From: Acidobacteriota bacterium
GTDB lineage: Bacteria > Acidobacteriota > UBA890 > WLXD01
Assembly: GCA_965205505.1 (NCBI GenBank)
Contig: CBDBHB010000007.1
Span: 448,001-512,000 of the forward strand
Length of the DNA stretch: 64,000 bases
Reading direction: 5' to 3'
Shown: positions 39,434-51,205 of the stretch, piece by piece
Position numbering within the stretch: position 1 is the stretch's first letter
Layout of the letters: every line of letters begins with the position of its first letter
Position numbers and translations under genes: made by a program
Notes under the pieces: model-generated
The model's input: only the letters and a program-made list of their open reading frames with translations
Told to the model about the DNA's origin: nothing
Database searches by the model: none

Positions 39434-39762
39434 AGTGCTCTGCGGCTGAGTGTTCGGGCACAGGCACGGGCTGACCGTTAGCTTAGGAGATCCGGGCCGT
39501 CGACGCGAAGGGTTGGAGACATATGGAGATGGCCGATGAGGTGGTCGCCAACTCCAACAAACTAGGCCGTCTGGTGCGTCCGCCCGTCCACTTGTCGAAT
39601 TGCAGGGTCAGCTTGCGGGGCGGCTTGGGAATGAACTCAAACCCACGCCAGGAACGCGAACTCGGCTTGCGCTCCTGGCATGCTGCTACTTGGCCGGAAG
39701 ACTCGAGCGCTGTCTAGGCCATCCCGTGACCCGATCGAGAGGACACGTCATAGACAGGCCGG

Positions 39763-40674
39763 TTGATCCGAAGGCTTGGTGCGAGGGGCAGCGTGATGGC
39801 GACATCCTGTATCGACCTGCTTAGCGACGAAACGTGTCGCGCGTATGTCGAAGCGCGCGAGCGAGAAGTCTACTACCGGTCTCTTTCCCACAAGCGTCCG
39901 ATACGCGACTTCAGGGACTCCGGATTTGGCCCGATCCGCTCGTTCCTCGAGATGACCACATCGAGGTCGATTGAGCAGAAGCTAGACCGAGAACTCTTTC
40001 AACACAGCTTGTCCAGTTTTGAGTTTATCCCGGACTACAAAGAGCCAACCGAAGAATTGCTCTGCAGATATGCCAGCTGGACCGCACCAACCGCATACAG
40101 ACTGCTGCATGCATCCGCGATGCCCAACTTCGGGGCGCTCCATTCGCGATATCAAGTTGCGCGTCGCGAGAACCTGCTGGAACCCGATGATCCGTCGTGG
40201 GATGAGCTCAATCGGGGGTTCAAGTTTCTGCACGACGTATTGTGCATTCGCACATTGCGTTCGAACCTCTACTACGAGACATCGGGCGGACTGCTTACAA
40301 TCGCCCAGACGAGCGACTACTCGGTGAGTCTATGGAGCTTGCTCTTCGACGCTGCCGTCGACGACTGGGCGCTGGACGAAGCCCTTTCACTCCTTGTCGA
40401 GCGTCCTGGCGGCCAGTTCCCCGAAATGTTCGACTTCTTCGGCGAACATGAGTATCGGCAGCTCATCGACAGCCTGGCACGGCTAGCGAGCCGCCTTGTC
40501 ACGGCCGGCGACACAGACAACGCGCGCTTAGTGGTGGCTCAGCTTCAGGACCGCGTATCTGACACGTTGTTCAGTGACAACTCCCTGGCGATCGGGCTCA
40601 CGGAAACGCTGGCGGAGGCTCATCAACGCGTTTCCCGCGGACAAGGGGATCGGATAGTGGTCAGGACCCCCTAG
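39763..40674 (+). CDS. Hypothetical protein
   Basis: ~300-aa ORF of lower GC; no motif recognised. Confidence 0.55.
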   Translation: MIRRLGARGSVMATSCIDLLSDETCRAYVEAREREVYYRSLSHKRPIRDFRDSGFGPIRSFLEMTTSRSIEQKLDRELFQHSLSSFEFIPDYKEPTEELLCRYASWTAPTAYRLLHASAMPNFGALHSRYQVARRENLLEPDDPSWDELNRGFKFLHDVLCIRTLRSNLYYETSGGLLTIAQTSDYSVSLWSLLFDAAVDDWALDEALSLLVERPGGQFPEMFDFFGEHEYRQLIDSLARLASRLVTAGDTDNARLVVAQLQDRVSDTLFSDNSLAIGLTETLAEAHQRVSRGQGDRIVVRTP

Positions 40675-40696
40675 CCAAGCCAACAATCTCCTCAGA

Positions 40697-41962
40697 TTGG
40701 GCTTGATCGATGACACTCGTTTCCAGAAGGCGACCGCTCGATGGCACACAGACACAGAGCGCAATTCGGCCGAGCACTTGTATCGACGATTCCGGTCTTC
40801 AAGTGTTCCCCGGTGGCGCACATTTTACCCGAATTTGGATAAGGCAAACAGCGAACAACGGCGGTTCTACGAGGATTGGGTCAAGCAGGTCGAGAGAGGG
40901 GACTTCATCGATTTGGAAGGTCAAGTGTCCTACGCATATGCGTACCTCTACAGCGCGATCGATCGCTTCCTACGGAGGAAGAACCTTAAGGCGTTCCTGC
41001 GCGCCGTTCGGTTGATCGACGAGGGCTACGGATCCGATCCAGGTCTCTCCCAGTACTTGGCGAGATGGGCCGCGGATGCGTGCGTAGTCGTTGGTGATGC
41101 CGAACGAGCTTGGGCGTTTCGATGGCAGGACGTACTCAGAGGTCGCTGGCTTGCATGCGGTGCTGGGGAACGACTCCCGGAGCGCGTTGATGGTCCCATG
41201 CTCTTGGGGATCCTCGGTTCCGAGAGAGGACTCACGGAGGTCGGTAAGGAACACGTGGATCAGGTGAACCACAAGGCGACTAGCGTCCTCGATCAGTTCG
41301 CGCGTCAATTTGGCGACGACCTTCTTGGCTACTTCGTCCAGGGCTTCGGTCCTGACGCCGCCGAGATCCCAACTGAAGAGATCCATGCGAACGCCCGCGC
41401 GATAGGCATTGACGTGGATCTCGGGGCCCCGCAGGAGTTTGAATCCCGCGATCCGGATTCCCCGACCCTGCTCTTCAATGGCTATCCGGGCGTTAACAAG
41501 CCCTCCGCAACGGTGGCAGCTGCCGGGTGGCCCTCAGCGCCCATCGTGAACACCTTCCTGAACGTCGCGAAGGGAATCGTTCGCGAGGCAGAGAACCAAG
41601 TACGCGAGGATCTTGAATTACCGCGCGTTGGAGAGGGCTGGATAGGCGAAACGCAGCTCTTCAACCGAATCCGCGCAGAGTTCCCAGAAGAACGTGTAAT
41701 CGCTCACGGACGGCCGGGGTGGCTTGCTCCGCAACACCTCGATGTCTACCTACCTGATCGGAACATTGCCCTGGAGTATCAGGGGCTCCAGCACTATGAG
41801 CCCGTGGACTTCTTTGGGGGCGAGGCTCAGCATCGGCGGCAGCTCGAACTGGACGAGAGGAAGCGAGGCCTCTGTCAGGCCAACGACTGCGTTCTTCTTT
41901 GCCTACGGGACGGTTACGATATCTCTGAAGTCGTCGAACGCATCCGCGGCCGGATTCCTTAG
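40697..41962 (+). CDS. TerB N-terminal-like domain fused to a C-terminal PD-(D/E)XK nuclease
   Basis: FYPNLDKANSEQRRFYEDW..SYAYAYLY; GEGWIGETQL..WLAPQHLDVYLP..IALEYQGLQHY..DERK..C. Confidence 0.65.
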   Translation: MGLIDDTRFQKATARWHTDTERNSAEHLYRRFRSSSVPRWRTFYPNLDKANSEQRRFYEDWVKQVERGDFIDLEGQVSYAYAYLYSAIDRFLRRKNLKAFLRAVRLIDEGYGSDPGLSQYLARWAADACVVVGDAERAWAFRWQDVLRGRWLACGAGERLPERVDGPMLLGILGSERGLTEVGKEHVDQVNHKATSVLDQFARQFGDDLLGYFVQGFGPDAAEIPTEEIHANARAIGIDVDLGAPQEFESRDPDSPTLLFNGYPGVNKPSATVAAAGWPSAPIVNTFLNVAKGIVREAENQVREDLELPRVGEGWIGETQLFNRIRAEFPEERVIAHGRPGWLAPQHLDVYLPDRNIALEYQGLQHYEPVDFFGGEAQHRRQLELDERKRGLCQANDCVLLCLRDGYDISEVVERIRGRIP

Positions 41963-42057
41963 TAACTTCGACTCCCGCCGGGACCGCGTGAAGCACCGAC
42001 GTGCCGCTGTGGCCGCACACTGCGAGAATGCCTCATCCACCCGTATGGTTGCCTTGG

Positions 42058-42825
42058 TCAGGTTCCTCGCACGGGCGCCATACCACCTCCACCCTCGACC
42101 AAATCCACCACGTCCACATCCAATCCCTGGCGATGAACCTCGAATCCGGGAGACTGCCGGAGATCATGGGCGCGCAGGCTCACGTCGAACGGGAAGAACG
42201 CCGGGTGCCTCACGGCTTGTTCCACTGGCAGCGCATTGCCCTCGTGGATGAGAAGGCCTTCGAGAAGAAGTTTCGCGAGGCGGCCGTTCGCGGCCGTTCG
42301 CCTGGCTGTCTCGACATGGACCCCCATGCGGGTGGTGGCGACCAGCACTCCCCACTGGACCATTGACTGAACCACGCACTGCGTGGCGCGTTCCACGGTC
42401 CCCCGCTCACCCCAGCTCTCCTGCATTCGCCGGGTGATCTGAGGAGTCGCGAAGTTACCCTGAAGAGAGAGCAGGCGACCCGCATTGCTCGCGAGATCGC
42501 CGAAGAATGGATACCCCGCCAGTAGCATCGACCAGTGCACCGTCAAGCGCTCGCGCGGGGAAAGAGTCGGGAGAGTCTGGACGGCACGATCTCGAAAGCC
42601 CGCGATCTCCGTAGGTACTGTCACCCATATGCGGGCGAGGACGCCCACGGTGGCGTGGCACGCCGATCCCCGCCTTGTTCCTCCGGTCAGCTGTCCGTCG
42701 AGGAGATCGAAAAGCGTCGCCCGGATAGAGTCGAGACCTGCTCCAGCCGCCACCTGCGCGGCGACGGCATCGAGCCACCCGATATCTAGCCGACGGCCGA
42801 GTCCGATGCCGGCGCGGCTGGTCAC
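42058..42825 (-). CDS. brxA: BREX type III BrxA
   Basis: IGLGRRLDIGWLD, VLARIW, HWSMLLAGYPFF and WGER; GTGA overlap with pglZ. Confidence 0.75.
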   Translation of the reverse strand: MTSRAGIGLGRRLDIGWLDAVAAQVAAGAGLDSIRATLFDLLDGQLTGGTRRGSACHATVGVLARIWVTVPTEIAGFRDRAVQTLPTLSPRERLTVHWSMLLAGYPFFGDLASNAGRLLSLQGNFATPQITRRMQESWGERGTVERATQCVVQSMVQWGVLVATTRMGVHVETARRTAANGRLAKLLLEGLLIHEGNALPVEQAVRHPAFFPFDVSLRAHDLRQSPGFEVHRQGLDVDVVDLVEGGGGMAPVRGT

Positions 42826-44921
42826 CTGTCCCCTCCGCGTATCTTCACGAAAGGCACGATGACCTCTTCCATGGCAATGCCACCGTGGCCGACGGTGTGC
42901 TGCCCTTGGGGCACGAAGGCTCCTCGTCCCGGAGCCAGTAGCGCCCGCCACGTCTCTGGTAGGCCGATCTGCGGCCACACGATGGCGTTCGGGTAGTCTC
43001 TGGCGACTCCGGCACGGGTGTTCTCGTCGTTGAAGACGTGGGCACGCTCGCCGCGTTCATCGGCGACCACGCCGACCTTCGGCTTGCCGATCCCGCGCCC
43101 GTGGATGTTGCCGTGGTCCGCTGTCATGGCGAGCTCGTAGCCCTGGTCGAGCAACCGGCCGAGGAGCCGGCCCATAGTCCCCGAGCGGGCCCACTGCCGC
43201 ACCATGGCGTGCAGCCCACCGCTACCGGTCTTGATGCCGTGCATGGACTGGTCGACCTTGCCGACCACGACCCCTAGCATTCTCATCTTGGGGTGGTCGG
43301 CCAACTTGAAGACCTGCTCGAGGAAGTCGTCGTCCGCCTGGTCCTTGCCCTCGCGGACGTAGCCGATCTCCGCTCGCTTGGCGCCGCGCTCCTCCCAAAA
43401 GCGCGTCCAGTGAGTCTTCTCCTTTGAGGTATTGCCGAGGCTGCTGGCGAAAAAGAGCGGCTCGGTGCCGGCAAAGATGGCCTGCCGCGACACTCCCGTG
43501 AGCGTCGGCACCCAGGCGAAAGAGCCGTCCTGCGCTACCTGCACATCTGCGTCGAGTTGAGCCAGGACGATGTCGCGCAACACGACCCACTGGTCGAATG
43601 CCAGGCCGTCCATCACTATGAGCGCGTGTTTGGTCGGCGGTCCGGTGCCTGCCGTTCGAGCCCCGGTCACCGTGAACGCTTGGGCCATATGCAGGGGGAT
43701 GTGGTGCACCATGGCTGGACGAGCGTAGGGCGAGAGATTGTGTAGCGATGCGTAGTTGCGCACCATCCAGTCTGCGAAGTTCGCCTCAATGCGGTCATGC
43801 AGTCGCTCGCAGTCGTCGGTCGCCACATCCGCTCCCGCATCGACGAGCTCCCAGCGAAGCGCCGACCACTCGGCCCATGTCTGCGCGAAGTCCACCCAGC
43901 CTCGGTGGCTGGCATCCTCGACGGGAAACTCGGTCTGAAGGCGGGCTAGAAGCCGCTCGAAGCGCACCGCTCGATCGTCGCCATCACCGCCCGCCACACC
44001 CACGCGCATCCATGCCTCGGGCACCTGGTCGGCGGTGTAGTCGTCCACCGGCTTGAGCTGCCCCTCCTGAAAGAGGTTGTCGATGTAGATCTTCACGTCG
44101 TCGTGCCCGAAGGGCAGCTCGGTGGGGCCGGAGAAATGAAGGCCATAGGCCTCGGTGGGCTCCGCGACCGCGTAGCCTTTGGCCTCGACAGCACGCTTGA
44201 CGAAATGCGGCCAACGCTCACTGAGGAAAGCCAGAAAGGCGGCGCGATTCGGTACGATCTCCATCAGCGGCCAGTCCATCCAAAGCCCACCTTTGTTCAG
44301 CACGTAGATGAAGCGTTCGTCCAGGCCGGGAGGAAACGAGATGCCGCGGTAATGCCGCCGCAGTAAGACCCGCATCAGGTTGGCTGGAGTCTTAATGAGC
44401 TCCGGGGCGATCTCGAAGACGTGGCGAAGCACGAAATCCTTGGTGGCGTCCACGCCGAGGCGCTCAGAATCGTCCTGTGCCTGGGCGGCGTAGAGCGTGT
44501 CGAAGCAGTCCCGCGTCAGAGCCAGCACGACATTGGGCACCAGTTTCGGGAAGAGCTGACCCACGGAAAAAGACAAACACCGCTCCTGGTACCTGGCCTG
44601 CTCCAGCAGATCGTAGGGCAATGCGTCGAGGTCGCCTGAGGCGCTTCGCAGCACTACCACCAGGGTGGTCTTCTCCCCCCGGTCCCAGATCTGCCGATAA
44701 CGGCTCTCATAGGCGAAGCGGAAGGCCACGTGGTCTTCGAACGGCACCAAGTCGAAACCTCGTTCCCGCAGTTCGGTGAGGATCTCCTGCTCGGCCAGCA
44801 GGTAGTCGGGGTCAGCGACGATGGTCAGCCGCGTAGCTTCGGCGATCTCGGGCGTAAAGTGCTTGAGGATAGGCGCGCGCCACCCGAGCGTACGCTTGAG
44901 TGTTCCCGCCGCAGCACTCAT
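42822..44921 (-). CDS. pglZ: BREX type III phosphatase PglZ
   Basis: LTIVADPD, LIVMDGL, FAWVPTLTGVSRQAIF, TADHGN and HGGIAMEEVIVPF. Confidence 0.92.
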   Translation of the reverse strand: MSAAAGTLKRTLGWRAPILKHFTPEIAEATRLTIVADPDYLLAEQEILTELRERGFDLVPFEDHVAFRFAYESRYRQIWDRGEKTTLVVVLRSASGDLDALPYDLLEQARYQERCLSFSVGQLFPKLVPNVVLALTRDCFDTLYAAQAQDDSERLGVDATKDFVLRHVFEIAPELIKTPANLMRVLLRRHYRGISFPPGLDERFIYVLNKGGLWMDWPLMEIVPNRAAFLAFLSERWPHFVKRAVEAKGYAVAEPTEAYGLHFSGPTELPFGHDDVKIYIDNLFQEGQLKPVDDYTADQVPEAWMRVGVAGGDGDDRAVRFERLLARLQTEFPVEDASHRGWVDFAQTWAEWSALRWELVDAGADVATDDCERLHDRIEANFADWMVRNYASLHNLSPYARPAMVHHIPLHMAQAFTVTGARTAGTGPPTKHALIVMDGLAFDQWVVLRDIVLAQLDADVQVAQDGSFAWVPTLTGVSRQAIFAGTEPLFFASSLGNTSKEKTHWTRFWEERGAKRAEIGYVREGKDQADDDFLEQVFKLADHPKMRMLGVVVGKVDQSMHGIKTGSGGLHAMVRQWARSGTMGRLLGRLLDQGYELAMTADHGNIHGRGIGKPKVGVVADERGERAHVFNDENTRAGVARDYPNAIVWPQIGLPETWRALLAPGRGAFVPQGQHTVGHGGIAMEEVIVPFVKIRGGDR

Positions 44922-47746
44922 GCAGCATCGTCTTTGCGATCCACCCTGAGCATGATGAGTGCTGTCAGCTCGGGCAGGGCTGAGTCTTGCTCGGCGATAC
45001 GATCTCGCCACTGGACCTCTTCTCGTTCCAATTCACGCAGCCGGTGGTCTCGTCCTGGGGCAGACCGATGCGCTCGACGGCCTTGCGTCTCGCGGCGAAG
45101 GCTCGGCGCCCCTTCTGGCGTTGCTGGGTCTGGCGCTCCCGGTGGGCGTCCGTCAGCTCGGAAAACACCGCGCGACCGTGACGTTCGGCCTCAACTAGCG
45201 CCTGATCGTAGGCAGCCACGGCGTCATCGCCGGTGACAGCCGCGATTTGAAACCCCTCCGCTGGGTCGCCGAGGTCGACAAGCCGGTCCCACACAGCCCG
45301 TGCGGTCGGCGCGAGAGCACGCCCGTCGTCGCTGATGAAGAGGGGCATCACCCGCTGGGACTGTCCGTCCTGGGTGCGCAGCGCAATCCGCCAGAGCGAC
45401 CACGTCCCGCCGACCTTGTCGGAGATCCCCTCGAGGATCACCGCTCCGAGAGGCTGGCCTGGCGCAAACTGCGCCAACCGCGTCATCAGGCTGCGGACGC
45501 GTGGGTGCTCGAGGGAGAGCAGCGTGGTGCCTGCCTGCTCCGCCTCATGGCGTGAGAACATGGCCCTTCGTTGGGTATCACCGTCGGGCCATTGGAGCCG
45601 GTTGCCCACGTCGTCAGCTTCGGCGTGTCCGCCCGGAGACTCCTCCATCCTCAGATAGGACAGCGTCATGCGCTCCGTCCAATAGGGCAGCTGGTGATGG
45701 GCGATCTTTTGCGCTGCGCTCGGGTCCAAGGGGCTGGTGCTTCCGAGCACCTTGGAGCCCTCCTTTGATGCCGCCGCACGCTCGCGCACGCGCCCGGCCA
45801 GCTCCTGTGCCCGTGCCTCGGCGTCCTCTGGCGTGATCAGGGCGCCTACATAGAGACCCTCGAAGTCCACGCCTCCTTCCTCGGAGTCGAGCACGTCAGC
45901 CAGCTTGTCGACGCCGAACTCCTCGAGGATCCGCTCGAGCTTCTCCTCCAGCACCTCGCGCACCCGGAGCTCCACGGTGTCCTCCAGCGCGAAGTTCTGG
46001 GCCCGCACGACGTGGGATTGGCCGATGCGGTCGACGCGCCCGATGCGCTGTTCGATCTTCATCGGATTCCAGGGCAGGTCGTAGTTGAAGACCACGTGGC
46101 AGAACTGCAGGTTGAGCCCTTCGCCCCCCGCGTCGGTGGAGACGAGCACCTGCGCCTCGTCCGAGAAGGCCCGCTGCACCTCGTGGCGCTCATCGAGGTT
46201 GAGCGAGCCGTTCAGGCAGACCACCGGGAAGCCCCTGTTGCCCAAGAACTCCGCGAGCATCGACTGCGTCGGCACGAACTCCGTAAAGACCAGCACCTTG
46301 AGCTTGGGGTCGTTTTCCTCGCGCTGCAGCTCGTGGATCCAGTCCATCAGCGCTTGCGCCTTGATGTCGGGGCCCTTGGCCTCGCAGCGCCGTGCGGCCG
46401 AGAGCAGGAGCTCTACCTCGGCTCGCTCGTTCTTGAGCCCTTTCATACGGCTACCGAGCATCGACTCCATCTGCTCCTGGGAGTCGAGGCTGGCCCATTG
46501 TTCTCCCACGTCTTCGCCGAAGAAGCTGCGCTGACCTTGGGGGAGTTCCAGCACCTCGAGTCGGCGCTCTAGCGAGGTGCGAATGGCGCGCACGCTCGAG
46601 GTGACCAGGCGCTGAAACAGGATCATCAAGAACCCAATGGCTGTGTTCTTCTCGCGCCGGGCCTGGTTGTAGCCGTCTCGCACATAGTCAGTGACCGCGT
46701 CGTAGAGCACCCTCTGGTCTTGGTGGGTGTCGGTCCACGGCACGGATACGAGTTGTGTGCGGCGGAGCTTGAAGAGCGGGTTGCCGTCGGCGTCGATGGC
46801 GTTGCGCTTCTCGGTGCGGATCACGTAGGGCGCGACGTTGTCCTGGTTGATCGTGTCATCGTCGGGGAAGGCTTCGTTGTCGAGGAAGCTCAACAGGCGC
46901 CGGAAGGCATCGGTCTTTCCCTGGTGGGGCGTCGCCGAGAGCAGCAAGTAGGTAGGGCGCGGCCTGGGACAGCGCCTCTCCCAGCTGGTAGCGGGCTACC
47001 TGCCCGGTGCTGCCGCCCAGGCGGTGGGCCTCGTCAAGGATGATGAGGTCCCAGCCGGCCGTGACCAGGTCTTCAAAGCGCTCGCGGTTGTAGCGGGCGA
47101 CCTGCTCGCCGCTCCAGCCGCGCCGGGAATCCATGGGTTTGACCGAGTCGAGCGGGCAGACAACCTGGTTGTGCAGGCGCCAGAGGTTCTCACCGTCGTC
47201 CACGGCGGCGATCTTGCGCCAGGTGGAGAACTCACCGGGGATGACCAGACAGAAGTCCTCATTGAAGTGGGTGCGCATCTCGCTGACCCATTGGGTGACG
47301 ATCCCGGTGGGCGCGACCACGAGGACTCGCTTGATCAAGCCGCGGATCTTGAGTTCTCGCAGGACCAGGCCCGCCTCGATCGTCTTGCCCAGGCCTACTT
47401 CGTCGGCCAACAGGTAGCGCACGCGGTCGCCGAACATCGCGCGGGAGAGGGCATGGATCTGGTGCGGCAGCGGGATGACGGTGCCTTCGAGTGGGGCCAC
47501 CAGGGCGTCGCGCTGCAGCGCATCCTCGATGCGGGCCGCGGCGGTCACATAGGCGATACGTTCTGCCGAGACGGCAGCACGGCCCGAGAACGAGACCAGA
47601 GCTTCTTCGGCGAGCCTGACGGTCGCATCGCATCCGGGAAGCCAGGCCAACACCGTGCCTCGACCCCATAGACGGCGGACCTCGACCAGTCGGCAGGGCT
47701 CGTCGTGTTCAACGCTCCAGGCCCAATCTCCTGCCGCCCACGCCAT
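44918..47746 (-). pseudogene. brxHII: BREX type III SNF2 helicase BrxHII, frameshifted near 46950 and 45045
   Basis: LLADEVGLGKT and LDEAH; then LSATPHQGK, STDAGGEGLNLQF and EQRIGRVDRIGQ in another frame. Confidence 0.85.
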
Positions 47747-50033
47747 ACGGCTCCTCCCTCAATCGCCCAGGCGCATCGTGGCGACGTCGTAGTACATGAG
47801 GAGCTTCGCATCCTCCTGGATGACCTTCTCCGGGAGTTTGGCCGCCACGTCAACGATGGTCTGGTAGTCCTGCTCGTCGTAGCAGTGCTTGAATCCGGCG
47901 CGGACCGCCTCGGTGCGGAACTGCTTGATCTTGCGCTGGGTGCTGGTGCGGTACTCCTCGAATTCCTTGAGTAGGGTGCGCGTGCGGAGTTTCTCGAGGT
48001 CGCCTTCCTTCTTGGGGTCCGGCACGTACCAGCGGTCGACCGCCTTGTCCTTGAGCCGATCGTCTTCTTTGTCGAGCTGGCGCAGATCCTTGAAGTTGGT
48101 GGACAGATAGCTGTGAACTTGGCTCGGGACCGGGCCCTTGCCCTCGTAACGGAGGAAGTTGAGTTCCAGGATCTCGGTCAACTCGATCGTCTTCTCGTGC
48201 TTGGCCCAGGATTGCAACTGCTGCATGAATTGTGGCTGCATGTCCTGGAAGGTCTGCGGCTTGTTCTGAAGCTTGCTGCCGCAGCCACTGCGTGGCGCTT
48301 GCTTCGTCGGAGACGAAGAGATCGAGTTGGCGCAATTCGCCGACCGTGGTGCGCTTGCGGTCGTACTCCGAGACCTGGTCATGCAGGAAGTACATGCCAT
48401 CTCTCCTTGGATAGCGCTCGTCGAGACCAGCAAAGAAGCCTGGGCCGCTGATGGGTACGGGAACCTGGTGGCGAACAAAGAAGGCGACCAAACGGTCATA
48501 GAGCATGTGTGGCAGGCGCTCGACAACGATTTCGGCGCCAGCGACCCTGCCGGCGAAGACAGTCAACTTGTTGAGGTGCTCGTTCACGAAGGCCCAGGGG
48601 GAATCTCCCACATGGCCGTCACCGTCTAGCGCGGCAATCAAGGCGGCCGTCGGCTTGTAAGCGGAGATGACAAGGTCTCTCCGTACTGCCGTCGGAGTAG
48701 TCACCGCCTTGAAGCTCCCTTGTTTCTTGTCAAGAACGGACGAATTCGCGACGACAAAACCAGTGTTCTCCAGCGTGTTCTGGATGGCATTCCAGACGGC
48801 TGCGCTCGTATTGGAGAACTCAACGGTCGCCCATCGCCCCGGCTTGAGAACGCGGTAAAACTCAGCGAAGCACTGTTCGAGAAGCCTTTGGTACTCGACG
48901 ACCGTCTTGGCCTGGGTCCTGTTCACGATGGCTTCGCAGGCGTTGGCCGTATGTACTTTGAGCTACGATTCCCAGATGAAGTTGAGTTCGGAGTACATGA
49001 GATTGCTGCCGAACGGCGGGTCTACGAACACATAGTCGACAGACTCTGCTGGCACGTAGTGTAAATCTGAAGAACTTCCTGTAGAGATGAAAGCCCCTGC
49101 GTGCTCTGCCAATAGCCACCGCACTTTCTCCGTCTTCTCGATGTGCTCGCCTAGCATCTTCCCCAACCGGGATCTCTTTCGACAGAGACGGCACGTAGAG
49201 AGTGCCCGAAAGCGGCCCACCGCCTGCTCCCAAGCTGCCGCCCTGTGACCTGAAGCGATACATCTTCGTGGCGATCGTAGCCACGGACGTTACGTTGACG
49301 AAGTCACGTGAATCTCCCAGTTCGTGGGCGAACTGGGCCAACAGAAGGAGATTCCGCCAGGTATAGAAGTGATGGACATGCGAGATCCCCAGGCGGTCGT
49401 TTCTCCTGGCTTCGTCTCCAGCTGGCATCCGATCGGCGGGCAGGTCGAGTTCGCCACAAAACTCCCGCGCCTTGTCGGAGAGAAGGACATCCAGGGCATC
49501 CGGAGCCTTGGTGCCGCTTCCGTAGTGAACCAGCGCGGGGACGGTTTGGGCCTGCCAAATCGGAGTGCCGAGCACCGGATCGGCCACCGTCACGCCCTTT
49601 CGGGTCAAGCCGCGCTTCTTCAAGCGCGTATCGCAATTATGGCAGTGAAACTCGTCCTGAATCTCCCAGGTGCCTTCCTGGACGGCATGTGTCCAGAACG
49701 TGACATCGGCTCCGCAGGCGTCGCACAAGAACACGTCGGACCATAGAACGTAGTTCACATCCGCGAGCTCTAAGGTCGGGTGTTCTGAAAGCCCCAAGCC
49801 ATCCCGCAGAGTGCGCGCATTTTGGAGCAAGGTGGTACACGCTTCTGCAGAGTTCGCGCGCTCCACGAGGGCGGCAGCAGCGTCCACTATCTCAGGTGAA
49901 GATGAGGTCAAGGTACGAAAGAGCCAACCCCATCTCGCCTTGGCTCGGGCAAGTGCCCTGCGTGCTCGGGACCCGTAGTCGATGTCGGCGGCCCTACTGT
50001 TGTAGTTGTAGGCAACGAAGGACGCCGCTGGAG

Positions 50034-51205
50034 TGACCTTGCCCCGCTTTCCCGGACACTTAGTTAAGATCCATTGTCGTAGTCGTATTAGCGGCTGTGG
50101 GAGCTGTTGGCAACGCGGAGCGTTGTCCAAGCGACGGTGGAAATCGGGAGTCGATTTCCACGGGCGCGTCAGCTTCCACAGCTGATTGGCCGCTCTGGCC
50201 TGGCCGCCGCATTGCCGCCTCGAACTGAGCCGGACTCTGGTCTCCGATCGAGGTGTGCATGCGAGCCCGGTTGTAGAACACTTCGATGTAGTGGAACAAC
50301 TCGGCTCGGGCCGCCGCCCGGGAACTGAAGCAGCCACCGAGTTGGAACTTCAGGGTAGAGAAGAAACTCTCCATCGGCGCGTTATCCCAGCAGTCTCCTT
50401 TCCTGCTCATGCTGATGGTGAAGCCACGGTCACGCAGCTTGTCTAGGTAATCGTCGCTGCTGTACTGGCTGCCGCGGTCGCTGTGATGGAGCACTCCGGA
50501 ACCGGGACGGCGTTGCTCCAAGGCCTGATCCAGGACCGCCAGCGTCAAATCGTCCGTCATCGTCTCGCTCACCGCCCAGCCGATGATCCGTCGCGAGCAC
50601 AGATCCATCAGCACGGCCAGGTATAGCCATCCTTCCTGCGTCCACAGGTATGTCAGGTCGCCCACCCAGACGCTGTCCACGGCATCCACCGTGAAGCGCC
50701 GTGCCAGCACGTTGGGCGCCGCTGACCGGCCAGGTGTGGGCCGTGTTGTCACCTGGAACCGACGGGGTTGGCGAGCTCGAAGTCCTTCCTGGCGCATCAG
50801 CCGAGCTACCCGCTTGCGAGAGCAGCGGATCCCTCGTTGCCGAAGTTGCTTGTGGATGCGCGGACTTCCGTAACGGTCGCGGCTCTCTCGGAATGCAGCT
50901 CTGATCTGCACACGTAGACGGCGATCTTCTCGCGCTCTCGGGCTCGGCCCCCTTCCTCGCCACTCGTAGTAACCGCCGTGAGACACCTCGAGCATCTTGC
51001 ACAACCGCCGCACCGGGAACTTGCCGGACAGTTGCTTGATGATCGGGTACTTCATCGCGGGCGTTCCGAGAAGATCGCCAACGCTTTTTTTAGAATGTCG
51101 CGCTCCTGCCGTACTCGCCGCAGGTACCGCCGTCGTGACCCCATGCTTCACCTCCGAGCCCATTATCGGGCTTCCAAAGGTGTCCGGGAAATCGGGGGAG
51201 GCCCA
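50034..51205 (-). mobile_element. IS3-family element (1172 bp) with 3-bp target duplication GAG; OrfA internally deleted
   Basis: IRs TGACCTTGCCCCGCTTTCCCGGACAC / TGGGCCTCCCCCGATTTCCCGGACAC; GAG on both flanks; A7G slippery site; OrfB WVGDLTY, HSDRGSQY and CWDNAPMESFF. Confidence 0.92.
50094..50182. other. Branched palindromic (three-way junction) element at the IS3 3' end
   Basis: Outer stem GCTGTGGGAGCTG/CAGCTTCCACAGC encloses hairpins TTGGCAACGC-GGA-GCGTTGTCCAA and GTGGAAATCG-GGAGT-CGATTTCCAC. Confidence 0.7.
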
